Below, in pieces: positions 53,101-64,000 of a stretch of 64,000 nt of DNA (position 1 is its first letter; every line of letters starts with the position of its first letter). The stretch spans positions 14,570,001-14,634,000 of the forward strand of contig OX597826.1 of the NCBI GenBank assembly GCA_951406725.2. Direction: 5' to 3'. The position numbers were made by a program, and so were the translations under genes. The DNA comes from Octopus vulgaris (lineage: Eukaryota). Below the pieces are notes generated by a model. The model saw only the letters and a list, made by a program, of their open reading frames with translations, was not told where the DNA came from and ran no database searches.

Positions 53101-54350
53101 GAGAGTATTCGCCTGTCCTTGTTCGCAACGCGCCATTCCTGGGAAAGGCCCTCAGGCCATCCGATATTGGGGAGATTCAAGTCTCCCATAAGAAGTACAA
53201 TTATGCGTTGTTCTAATGTAACTAGCACTTCTATTTTTGTAAGGCAGTCTTCAACGTCGTCCACGTGATTCGGAATATCTGGTGGGTGATATATATAGTA
53301 TATATAACTATATCAAGTTGCCTTATATGTAAAATTAGTGTGTCGTTTATTGAATTTGAGTGTGACGAAAGGACCTGTGGTGTAAGGTCTGCGTAAATGT
53401 ACATGGCAACTTCACTGTCGGTCAGTAATGCAACATACTGTAGCATGTGTATTTCTGCATTTGCTATATCTGATTTCAGATGCGTTTCCGTAAATGCTAA
53501 GCATAAGGATTGATTGCATGCAACAAGGTCTCTCAAGAAAGGAATTTTTGTCCTGTTACGAAATGTTTACAGTCCTCTGATATTCAGTAAGAGCACCGAT
53601 GTGATGTCCGTGTTGTTGCCGGTGATCTCCACCATGGGTCCATTTCTGATGGGCTTGTGTGTTGGGAACAGTCCATTCTGTGAGATTGATAAAGCTAGGC
53701 CAGTTGCTGCAAATTCTTTTGTGCCAGGTACAAAAATGATTGCTGTTCTGCAGCAACCCTTTCCACTACATGTTGATAGGACTAGTTTCTAGTGCGCACT
53801 ACATCTCCGTATTTCCGTTTTGGGGTAGGTGATATGTAATCCTTTCCTTTTGGCGGGTATGGTGTGGCAGGGATTTCGATGCACAAAACGGCAGTTTGCG
53901 CTTCCCTCTCCATGCCAGCAGACACCTTTCAAATAGAACTTACACATTCGTGTGTGCTGTCTGTTTTCATCTTTTTTGTTGTATGAGCAGTCAGACTTGC
54001 TTTCCTCTCTTGTTTCATCTTTTGTTTTCTTCTTGACTTTTTGGGGGGTTGTTTTTTCTTGGCTCTTTCACTTCCTCCGTTTTTCACTTTGATGGTGGTA
54101 GGGGCACTTTTATTTCGGCTTTCTTTCCTGGCATATTATTCGCTTATATCTTCTCTGTTTCCTTGAGTGTATACCAAATGAGGGGAACATGTTTCGCCTG
54201 CATCCGTGCGTCCATCCTAGTCATTTTTGCTCTGTTCATTATCAAAGATGGCATCAAGAGTGTTGACGTGGGATCCTATGAGAGCGTTGGAGCGTATAAA
54301 CTCCTGCTTCTTTTGCTCTATTTCAGCTGATGTTCTTGAGTTGCCATTGC
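50200..54350 (-). mobile_element. Decayed CR1/L2-group LINE (CCCH-finger ORF1, APE endonuclease, partial RT), 3'-truncated, split by a Tc1 insertion
   Basis: CKFYLKGVCWHG..CRFVH (ORF1); AFTETHL, MGDLNLP, PTR..NTLDL, SDH (APE); PIHKEGSR..NYRYISLTSH..KVMERIV..QHGF, IYIDFAKAFDK (RT). Confidence 0.82.
50710..52117 (-). mobile_element. Tc1-family (DD34E-type) transposon, frameshifted, nested in the LINE
   Basis: TIRs cggttgcggccaaaatgatcagaacgg / ccgttctgaacattttggccgcaactg, TA duplication; GRPRKTT, VHFSDESKF, FMQDNAPCH, WPVQSPDLNPIENVW. Confidence 0.92.
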
Positions 54351-54517
54351 TCTTCGGCGAGATGAAGAGAGAGAGAGGAAGTGTGTGTGTCTATATATTT
54401 AGGGTCTTAGAAAAGAAAGACGATGTGATGGAGGGAAGTGAAGAAATAGGTAGGGATAGATAGAGGGAGAGAAAGAGTGTATCTAAATATTTAGAGATAT
54501 TGAGGTGGCTGCGTGAA

Positions 54518-54839
54518 AGCGCGTGGCTTAGTGGTTAGCGTATTCGGTTCACGATAGTAAGGTTGCAAGTTCGATTACCGGTGGCACGTTGTGTTCTTGA
54601 GCAACGCACTTTATATGACGCGTTGCTCCAGCTCACTCAGCTGACGAAAATGACAAGTACCTGTATTTCAAAGGGCCAGCCTTGTCACATTCTTTGTCGT
54701 GCTGAATCTCACTCAGAATCACGTTAAGTGCACGCGTGTCTATGTAGAGCTCAGTCACTTACCCATTAATTTTACAAGAAAGCTGTTCCATTGATCGGAT
54801 CAACAGGAACCCTCGTCGTCGTAAGCGACAGAGCGCCAG

Positions 54840-54841
<2 letters not shown>
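54518..54841 (+). mobile_element. tRNA-headed SINE (family C)
   Basis: gtggcttagtggttag A-box, aagttcgattacc B-box, then gtgttcttgagcaacgcactt. Confidence 0.65.
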
Positions 54842-54877
<36 letters not shown>

Positions 54878-54890
54878 CATGCATACATAC

Positions 54891-54964
<74 letters not shown>

Positions 54965-55661
54965 GTATATATACACACACACACACACAGTATCTATACA
55001 TTTTCGTTTTTGTGTAACGAATTGACAGTTTATTTTTTTCAAATCGTTAACAATATACTTTGGTCTTAACTAAAGCCCAAGTAGCCATTGAGCTGAGAAG
55101 AAAATACAGCTTTAAATTGTTACCAATTGAAAACTACGCAATACGAGTTTCCATAAGACCGTATTTACAGACTTTATCAGAATTATTGGTCATGTTTTAC
55201 AATTTCCGTAATCTCGAAATCATATATACTGAGTTAGCTGTAATGTCCAGCTACACATTTTCATAGATACATGAACTATATTGTAAATATTCATGAACAA
55301 GTGAACATGTACATGCATATAGACAGACGTATTAAGCTTTATGCTAAAAACTCACGTTGTATTTACGCACAAATGAAAATCACTCGCGAAAAACGCAATC
55401 ATTCGTAAAAGAATGATCATATGCATTTTCGTACAGACTCACCTCTATGCGAAGAGACTTCAAACAAACACACACACACATAGGCAGACAAACACATACA
55501 TGTATATGCACACACGCACTGATCTCATCAAACCGAAAAAGAATTAATATATTAGATGGCGACATGCCATACATAAAGAGACAAGCTCATGGTCACATAT
55601 ACAAGCACAAGGGCACATATCTACTCACATGAATATCTATGTCGAAAGATAGACTCAGAAC

Positions 55662-56279
55662 AAGGCGGCGAGCTGGCAGAAACCTTAGCACACCGAGCGA
55701 AATGCTTACCGCTATTTCGTCTTTGGTCTGCCGCTACGTTCTGAGTTCAAATTCCGCCGAGGTCGACTTTGCCTTTCATCATTTCGGGGGTCGATTAAAT
55801 AAGGAGCAGTTACGCACTGGAGTCGATATAATCGACTTAATCCGTTTGTCTGTCCTTGTTCGTCCCTTCTGTGTTTAGCCCTTTGTGGGTAGTAAAGAAA
55901 TAGGTACTTCGTATGTCTTTACATTCTGAGTTCAAATTCCGTCGAGGTCGACTTTGCCTTTCATCCTTTCGGGGTCGATTAAATAAGTTCCAGTTACGCA
56001 CTGGAGTCGATATAATCGACTGAATCCGTTTGTCCGTCCTTTTTTTGTCCCCTCTCTGTTTAGCCCCTAATGGGCAATAAAGAAATAAGAAACGTTAGCA
56101 CGCCGGGTGAAATGTTTAATGGTATTTCGTTTGTGCTTACATTGTGTTCAAACTCCGACGGGGTCGACTTTGCCTTTCATCCTTTTGGGGTTGATAAATT
56201 AAGCACCAGTTGCTTACTGGGGTCGATCTAATCGACTGGCTCCCGCACCCAAAATTTCAGGCCTACAGTAGAAAATAAT
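55662..56279 (+). mobile_element. Trimeric SINE family B with 13-bp target-site duplication
   Basis: Core gtcgactttgcctttcatc x3; TSD atagactcagaac (55649-55661) / atagactcacaac (56280-56292). Confidence 0.85.
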
Positions 56280-57064
56280 ATAGACTCACAACTAAAACAA
56301 CTAACGCAGAGTAACCGATGCAAAACTACACACATGCGTATACAGCGAAGTCACAGCAACACCGTTAAAATTTATTCACCCAATATATAACATACCCATC
56401 AATCTTCATAAACACCCAATCACACTAACACCCAAAAATACATTGTTACGTAATTTTGTATAGTATTTGATATTAAATAAAATACAATATATGTATATAG
56501 GAACAAAATCACTTGTGTGACAGGCTTCTCTGGTGAAAAAAATCATTTGATAAAACATTATAAAGCAAAACATACGCACACCAGTTAATCACTCTCACTT
56601 ACTCATATACATGTGTTAATGTTTGTGCGTTTATCTGGAATAAATATCTCTATTTCTCAACGAATCTTCAACAAATTTCGCACCAAGTTCCATCAAGATG
56701 GAAATAAAAACAATGAATTAATAAAAATATGAATTGGTGGTAAAATATTGATGAGTGAAAACAAGAGATAGAGACCGTAAGTTGAGAAGTTGAAGATAGA
56801 GAGCGGTAATCTTAGGACACTGAGGTATAGGAATTTTGTGAGTTTATCACTTAAAATTCTGTTTTTCTTTCTGTTTCAGATTGTTCTCAACTTTTCTCTG
56901 TCCTCCTCCTTTTCCTCACTTCACTCAGCTTCTATTTAAATCTCTCCCTTATCTCTCTCTCCCTCTCTCTCTCTCTCTTTTCTCTCTCTGACATAGCAGA
57001 TACATAACTGTTTAAGTCTGTATTTCATAAATGCATATGCGTATAAATAATATATATGTTTATG

Positions 57065-57115
<51 letters not shown>

Positions 57116-57117
<2 letters not shown>

Positions 57118-57280
57118 CAGGAGTGGTTGTGTTGTAAGAAGCTTACTTCGCAACCACGTGGTTCCAGGTTCAGTCCCACCGCGTGACACCTTGGGCAAGT
57201 GTCTTCTAATATAGCCTCGAGTCGACCAAAGCCTTGTGAGTGGATATGGTAGGCGGAAACTGAAAGAAGCCCGTCGTATA
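57116..57280 (+). mobile_element. 5' half of SINE family A
   Basis: Matches 8701-8863. Confidence 0.82.
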
Positions 57281-57320
57281 TATATATATATTTATATATA
57301 TATATATTTATATATATATA

Positions 57321-57425
<105 letters not shown>

Positions 57426-57449
57426 CGCATTTATGAATTTATTTATATT

Positions 57450-57866
57450 TCTCTTTTATTTGTTTCAATCAATAAACGCAGCCATCCTGGGGCACCGCCT
57501 TGAAGATAATGTAATCGAATGCATGGATCCGAGTACTTACCTTTTTGAAAGTCTGGTAGTTATTCTATCTGTTTCTTTGCCGAACCGCTAGTTTATGGGG
57601 TGATAAACACACATGTACTAGTTGTCTATCAGTTGTTGTGGTAGTGAGACAAACAGGCACACGCACACACTAACACACACACACACAAATACACACACAG
57701 ACATATATACATATATACGACGGGCTTCATTCAGTTTCCGTCTACTAAATCTACTCACAAAGCTTTGGTGGGCCGATGCTATAGTAGAAAAACCTTGCCC
57801 AAGGTGTCACAGAGCGGGACTGAACTCTGTACCATGTGATTGAGAGGCAAGCTTCTTGTCAAACAG

Positions 57867-57868
<2 letters not shown>
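57450..57868 (-). mobile_element. Diverged SINE family A copy
   Basis: Collinear with 34365-34771. Confidence 0.78.
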
Positions 57869-57959
<91 letters not shown>

Positions 57960-58606
57960 TACACACAGTCATGCATACATATATGTGAATATACAATATA
58001 TGTGCGTGTGTGTGCGTGTATGTGTGCCTGTCTTTGTGTTTATCCCCCCCCCCGCCAACGCTTGAAATCCAGTACTAGTTTCTTTGCGTCCCCTTGTATT
58101 AGCGGTCGGGCAGAATTGACCCATAGAATAATTAGCAAGCTTAAAGATATGGATGTGTTCGATTATAGCCCTGAAGGCTGTGCACCAGCATGGACGCACT
58201 CTAAAGTCCATAAAAATGAAAAGATAAAAGATATCTATCTGTGCAGACATCACAAATTACCCGTCTATATTTATTACAGACAGCAACGTTTCTCCTTGAC
58301 GTAGAAACACTCAGCAGGAGTAATCAGCGTACCAATCCAAACACACGCTTAGAGATAAACTAAGACTCCGACCACCCTTTTCTTCCTGCATATGAATACA
58401 AATCCATATATTTGAGTGAGTGCATGTATGTCAGTATATATATATACACACACACGTACATACATACATGCATACATATATACATGCATACATACATATA
58501 TATATATGTATATATATAAAAAGTTAATTCAAGCAAGAAAACAAAAAGACAACAACGCAAAGATGTGGAACAAATAAAGTATTATTGGACGCTCAGGAAA
58601 GAAGGG

Positions 58607-58950
<344 letters not shown>

Positions 58951-59879
58951 CGAGAGAAAGAGAGGATAGAGAAGTAGTATATACGTAAGCGAAGGCAACG
59001 TGAGGACATAACAGATAAGTTTTCGAATAAAGAGTAATTTGAGCAAAAAATTCATAAATTTCAAATGTCAGAAACTGAAATGTTTGTGGAAACGAAAATA
59101 GTCATTATGATGATATTGTTTCCAGTTGTTACTAATCGCTCGGGGAGCAACTAGATATGAAATTACTGGAGACTGGAATATATTAATATATGCCACTGTC
59201 TATTTGCTTTAATGTGTGGTTTCTAATGTAATTTATAGCCAGTTATCAACTTCTTCATTCTGAGTCTCGGTGTAATGCGGTAAGCCTTTATTGTAGTTCA
59301 GCTCCCACTTTGATATCATATATTATGCGAGTTCTGATCTTCAGACTTTATGTCACAGCTTACAATGTTACTTTATTCATTCATTCGCCTTCGAGTAAAT
59401 GCAGGATTCGATTTCTAAGCTGTAAAGTATGAAAATAATTGCACATATCCTGCCATTTAGATGCAGGACAGTCGTTTTACATGTTATACTACCAGCTTTT
59501 ATGACATTGCTGCTGTTTAATTCCCAGAGGAACAGGACAGAATTAATAAAACACTCGATTATTAAAAGGTAAATTTCAGAATCCGCTATTGGTATGCTTC
59601 GAAATCGAACAACACTTATTATTGAACGACTTCCTGTTTTCCGACATTATCTCGCTAAATTTCTCAAAAGTCTACAGGAAAATATAGTTGAAGTGATATT
59701 TCATAAAAGTAATTAACATTTACATCACGACTGGTTTTCAAAGTTCAAATTTTTTTCTTTATCCACTCAGTTCGAAATACCCGAGATGACTTGTGATGAC
59801 CATGACGACTATGGTTACGATTGTAATAAGAACTTTCTTTCTTTTTTGTTTGAGGCGAGGCGGGGCTGGTAGAGTGTTA

Positions 59880-60450
59880 GTATCTAAGTCCTTCTCAGGA
59901 ACACCGAAATAGTAAGACAGAGTAAGTTGATGATCCTTTAGAACAGTTTCAAGATGATGGCTGCAAGAATATTATGGAATAACATGGACAAGGAAGAAAT
60001 TGAAAATTTAAAAGTTCGGTGGAGGAAAGTTTGGATTGACCGAACAGGGGCTTCGTATAGATACACTGTTAGTGTCATAAGGGAAAGAAAACAATGATTT
60101 GGGAATGCTTGATTAATCATTCGATAAGATAAGCTAATTCCGATAAGAAAATGTGAATAATGTGTTGCAAAAAGCAGAAGGAAGTGAACAAAGTTTGTAA
60201 ATGAGAGAGTGGAATGTAGTGTAGAGCTACTTTATTCCAATCAATCTTTCGAGAAATAGGCAAGTACAATATACAAGATTCGGGAACCTTTCTTCAATAT
60301 AGTATTCCGTTTAGTTTCGTAGAGAGTTGATGTTTGTTATAAACTGGAGTGAGTTGTCAGTTCGTACATAAATGTAGAACATTGGAATGAGTTCTCAACG
60401 CTCCTTGGGTGGATAAATAGTTTCTTTATTTGTAAATGAAGGCTACCTTG
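59880..60450 (-). pseudogene. Heavily decayed Penelope-like RT remnant
   Basis: Minus strand: F-I-T-N-I..(fs)ET (SLFTNIP.ET-like) and IQTFLHRTFKFS..LFHN (thumb-like); many stops. Confidence 0.4.
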
Positions 60451-60512
60451 AAACCAATGGTAGCCTTAATTCACAAATAAAGAATATATGTATGTATGTA
60501 CATATATATATG

Positions 60513-60588
<76 letters not shown>

Positions 60589-60590
<2 letters not shown>

Positions 60591-61330
60591 TCAATAAATG
60601 GTGGGGTTGTGTTGAGCGCACGTGGAGAAATGATAAGTAAGGAAAAATTTTTTTAAAAATGCAGAATGCTCAAATGAAAGAAAATTTTAATAAAATGAAA
60701 AATTGATAGAATATATAAATATATATTTATTCAACCGGTTTTCGTCATTGTATGACTTGTCAAGAATATTTATGTTTTAAAAAGTTTTTTAAAAATTAGA
60801 AAGGGGAAAAAAGAAAATTGCATTGTTTTTTGTAAAAGAATAATGATAAAAATGTACAAAAATTAAAAAATAAGTACTCCGATACATTGTGAGTTCGTTG
60901 TGTATCTTGAGTTTTATGATTGTTCACGAAAAAATTACCTTGAGGTGTTAAGATCCAAAGGGATTAAGAGCATGTGAATTATCCACATTATCCACATGCT
61001 CTTAATCCCTTTGGATCTTAATACCTCAAGGTAATTTTTTCGTGAACAATCATAAAACTCAAGATACACAACGAACTCACAATGTATCGGAGTACTTATT
61101 TTTTAATTTTTGTACATTTTTATCATTATTCTTTTACAAAAAACAATGCAATTTTCTTTTTTCCCCTTTCTAATTTTTAAAAAAACTTTTTAAAACATAA
61201 ATATTCTTGACAAGTCATACAATGACGAAAACCGGTTGAATAAATATATATTTATATATCTTATCAATTTTTCATTTTATTAACATTTTCTTTCATTTGA
61301 GCATTCTGTATTTTTTAAAAAATGTTTCCT

Positions 61331-61334
<4 letters not shown>
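60589..61334. mobile_element. ~340-bp-arm palindrome of a PLE-like 3' terminus inserted in (TA)n
   Basis: 60636-60976 is the near-perfect reverse complement of 60993-61334, 16-nt spacer; arm begins HALNPFG(fs)LNTSR*, like a PLE ORF end. Confidence 0.8.
61202..61242 (+). ncRNA. Hammerhead-like motif with U3-A8 core covariation (mirror copy on minus strand ~60728-60768)
   Basis: UAUUC-UUGACAA-GUCAU aca AUGAC-GAAA-(A)CCGG-UU-GAAUA; one extra nucleotide relative to consensus. Confidence 0.55.
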
Positions 61335-61401
<67 letters not shown>

Positions 61402-62049
61402 TATATACATGTGTGTACATGTGTGTATGTTTTTTTATTCTTTGTCACTTCACCGGTTGAGGTTGGGGAAAGTGTTCTTGTAGCTCATGTTATACGCCTA
61501 CCAACGGCTACAGACCAAACTGCCTCGACTCTATTTCTGTTTCGTCTCACTTTAGGTTCGGCAACCGCTCCGATTTCTCGTTATTGGCACATTCGTTGTG
61601 CACGCTTTCTGAGCAGATCACTATTGTATCGGAAGCTAGATCACATGCTGTAGATGATGTGCTTTCAAATCTTTCTTTCACCACCCTGAGTTGGACTCAG
61701 TTCTAGGAAATGTTATCGTCTTGAAGGAGTCATAAGGAATTGCATGCTGATAGCAGTCCCGAAAACATATCAACCACTTATGCCGGCACTGATCACACGC
61801 CTATATTGTGCTATGAAAGTGGTAAATAGTCATCCTCAATATCTCTGACGAGAACTCTGTATTTCTTCCTCCCAAATTTTATGAGAGAATTTTAGAGACA
61901 GGTTTGCTCTTGGAATAATTTTGCTTGGGGCTTTAATATGACAAACATGATGTCAGATCCACTCTACAAGCATCAAAACCATTGTTCAGTGTAATCATTC
62001 TGCAAGATGTATCGCAAGAAATAAGAAATCCTTTGTAGCTCTACTGCTC

Positions 62050-64000
62050 GGCAGTAAAATAGAATGTAATCAGTGTTGTCTAAAACTAGCATAGGCGATA
62101 TATTCCACCATATTCAAGAAAATCGAAGGCACTTCGTGCCTATAAAGTTTATCCCGATCAGGCAAAGCTCCCTGGAAGCACTGCCAGTCCAGAGACTTTT
62201 TGAAATCATCCATCCGTTCCGGTCCGAAAGTTCTCCGGAAAAGAGCCACTAGCTAATCTTCTTCAACGCTCAAGAACATCATCGCACTTTTCCTCCACTA
62301 ATCCTCTATAAAAAGCTAAAGAGGATGTACCACCTATCGCACAGTCCGTTTGACTGAGAGCAGTGAGCGTTTGTAAACATTCCACTATCCAAATGGCTAG
62401 TTTCTTTAACGGAGCTGCAGTATTGGGTGAAACAGAGCCACGGAAATACGTTTCTGACGAACGGTGACCACACTTGTTCACCGTCAAGGAAGCACTGGAG
62501 CCTCAGCACATGTCTGTGCATCATCAACCGCGGCTTGCCCAGGCCACTACGCAGCAGGTACTGCGAACAGATAGACCACTTGACCATCAGGACGCGTCCC
62601 TTCCACAAGGAGTGGAAGAGTATACGCTCCAGCGTAATCCGATGGTGGCCAGGACAAGGCACGACGGTCAAGGGATAATAGATGACGGACGCGATATACA
62701 CGTTAGCCATCTTTGCCCGACCTTTCAAGAATTGTTTTCTCTCGGCCCATTTCTAGGTGAGAGTAGTCACACTGTTCGTTACTGCGACCCATCTAGAGGT
62801 CCGAACTGAACCGGACCACGAGCAACTTAACGAGTCCGTCCGTCCAGTGTCCAACGACATAGTTTGACGGCATGGACATACTTCTCCAGGTACCGAGCCG
62901 CAAGCCCACTGATTTTTCGTGGTTAATTGGTTAATTGTCGCTCTTGAAACCGCCTCTTAGTCCCTGAGAACGGAGTCGATCATTTCTATGTGTTTATGAT
63001 CCGACAAAACTATAGTGACCTTGTCGGTATATGCTGACACGCATCTCCCACATCCTAGGCCACGTGGGATGTCTCTCAATGCCTCCAGTTTGTGTAGTAG
63101 TGGCTCGTGAGTCAGTACATACAACTGAGACGAGAGGGGACAACTTTGCCGAACCGAGCACATGATATCGAACGGCTCTGAGAGGTGACCGTTCACTCTG
63201 ATCGCTGAACACACGTCGCTGTGCATTGCAGCGATGCAGCTCCTGAATACAAGTCCGAAACCAGATGCCTTAAGGACAGCCGCCAGGTATAGATGCTCGA
63301 CCCTATCGAAAGCTTTTGTCTGATCTAAATTGATCAGGGCCCCACCCGTGCTAGGTTCTTTAGCCACTTTCTCAATAATGTATTGCATGAGGTGGAGGTT
63401 GTCGTGGATGGATCCTTTCGGGATGGCGCATATGTGTACCTTACTTACATGATCCCCGACAACAAGCGCCAACCTCATAGCTAACAGCTCGGCCAAAATT
63501 TTAAACTCTGCATTCAGTAGAGTTATGGACCTAAAGTTGTCAATATTGTTTGCCTTGTTCGGTTCTTTTTATCAGCAACCTCACCGCTCATCGGCTCACA
63601 AAACTGGGAATTCTCCCATTCTGTTAGTACTTGCATTAAGCGTTTACTAAGAGGTCGCCGAACAAGTCTGACACGTAAGCGTAAAGCTCGTTGAGCAAAC
63701 CATCCCAACTAGACGATTTATCCATCGTGCTGCTAGCCATTGCTTCCCGTATTTGAAAGGCTGTTATCAGTTTTTCGCATCGTTCTGCCTCTGTCGATGA
63801 GATCCACGGCAGCCCGTCGAGGTAGGACGTGAAATCGATCCTGCGACCCGGCTGACCACTGCTCCCGTACAGTTGAGCGAATCGCCGCTGAAAAGCTGCT
63901 CACGTATGTTTGTGATCAGTTATGACCTTCGTGGCCCGACAAGGATCAGATCGTGAATTTATTGCCACTTAGCAGATTGAACGCCTTTCGTCCCTTCGTG
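62050..64000 (-). mobile_element. Decayed Tx1/L1-clade LINE RT region (runs off window)
   Basis: SIHDNLHL, LINLDQTKAFDRVEH, SVRQSCPLS, AYTDKVT (degenerate YADD); AFYRGLVE shared with the 41391-42516 copy. Confidence 0.85.

Noticed and set aside
55740-56230. Regularly spaced direct repeats resembling a CRISPR array
   Set aside because: Spacers are also repeated and long; these are SINE modules in eukaryotic DNA
56860-56940. Strong splice-acceptor-like tttttctttctgtttcag
   Set aside because: No downstream ORF or donor site can be supported without transcript data
60979-60996. Two tandem TTATCCACA, identical to the bacterial DnaA box
   Set aside because: Eukaryotic repeat context; explained as a 9-bp junction duplication at the palindrome centre

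Overview
AT-rich, microsatellite-saturated eukaryotic DNA with no recognisable host-gene exon. The SINE families look like those of octopus/coleoid cephalopods (inference). Almost all ORFs in the track are microsatellite artefacts. The real content is transposable elements: three full-length but mutated mariner-type transposons and one Tc1, two MITEs, two non-autonomous Helitrons, two decayed CR1/L2-group LINEs, two Tx1/L1-type LINE pieces, three RLE (R4/Dong-like) fragments, many tRNA-derived SINEs, and one near-intact plus several decayed Penelope-like elements (PLEs). The most notable signal is a set of about nine minimal type I hammerhead-ribozyme (HHR) motifs read directly from the sequence, all with palindromic or near-palindromic stem III. 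Several lie in non-coding units of about 230-600 nt inserted into (TA)n tracts. At 20.7-22.4 kb these units are circularly permuted or terminally redundant (about 585 and 604 nt monomers) and show compensatory stem changes between two subfamilies. This suggests a retrozyme-like circular-RNA retroelement mobilised by PLE RT/GIY-YIG. All alignments and folds were done by eye; no searches were run.
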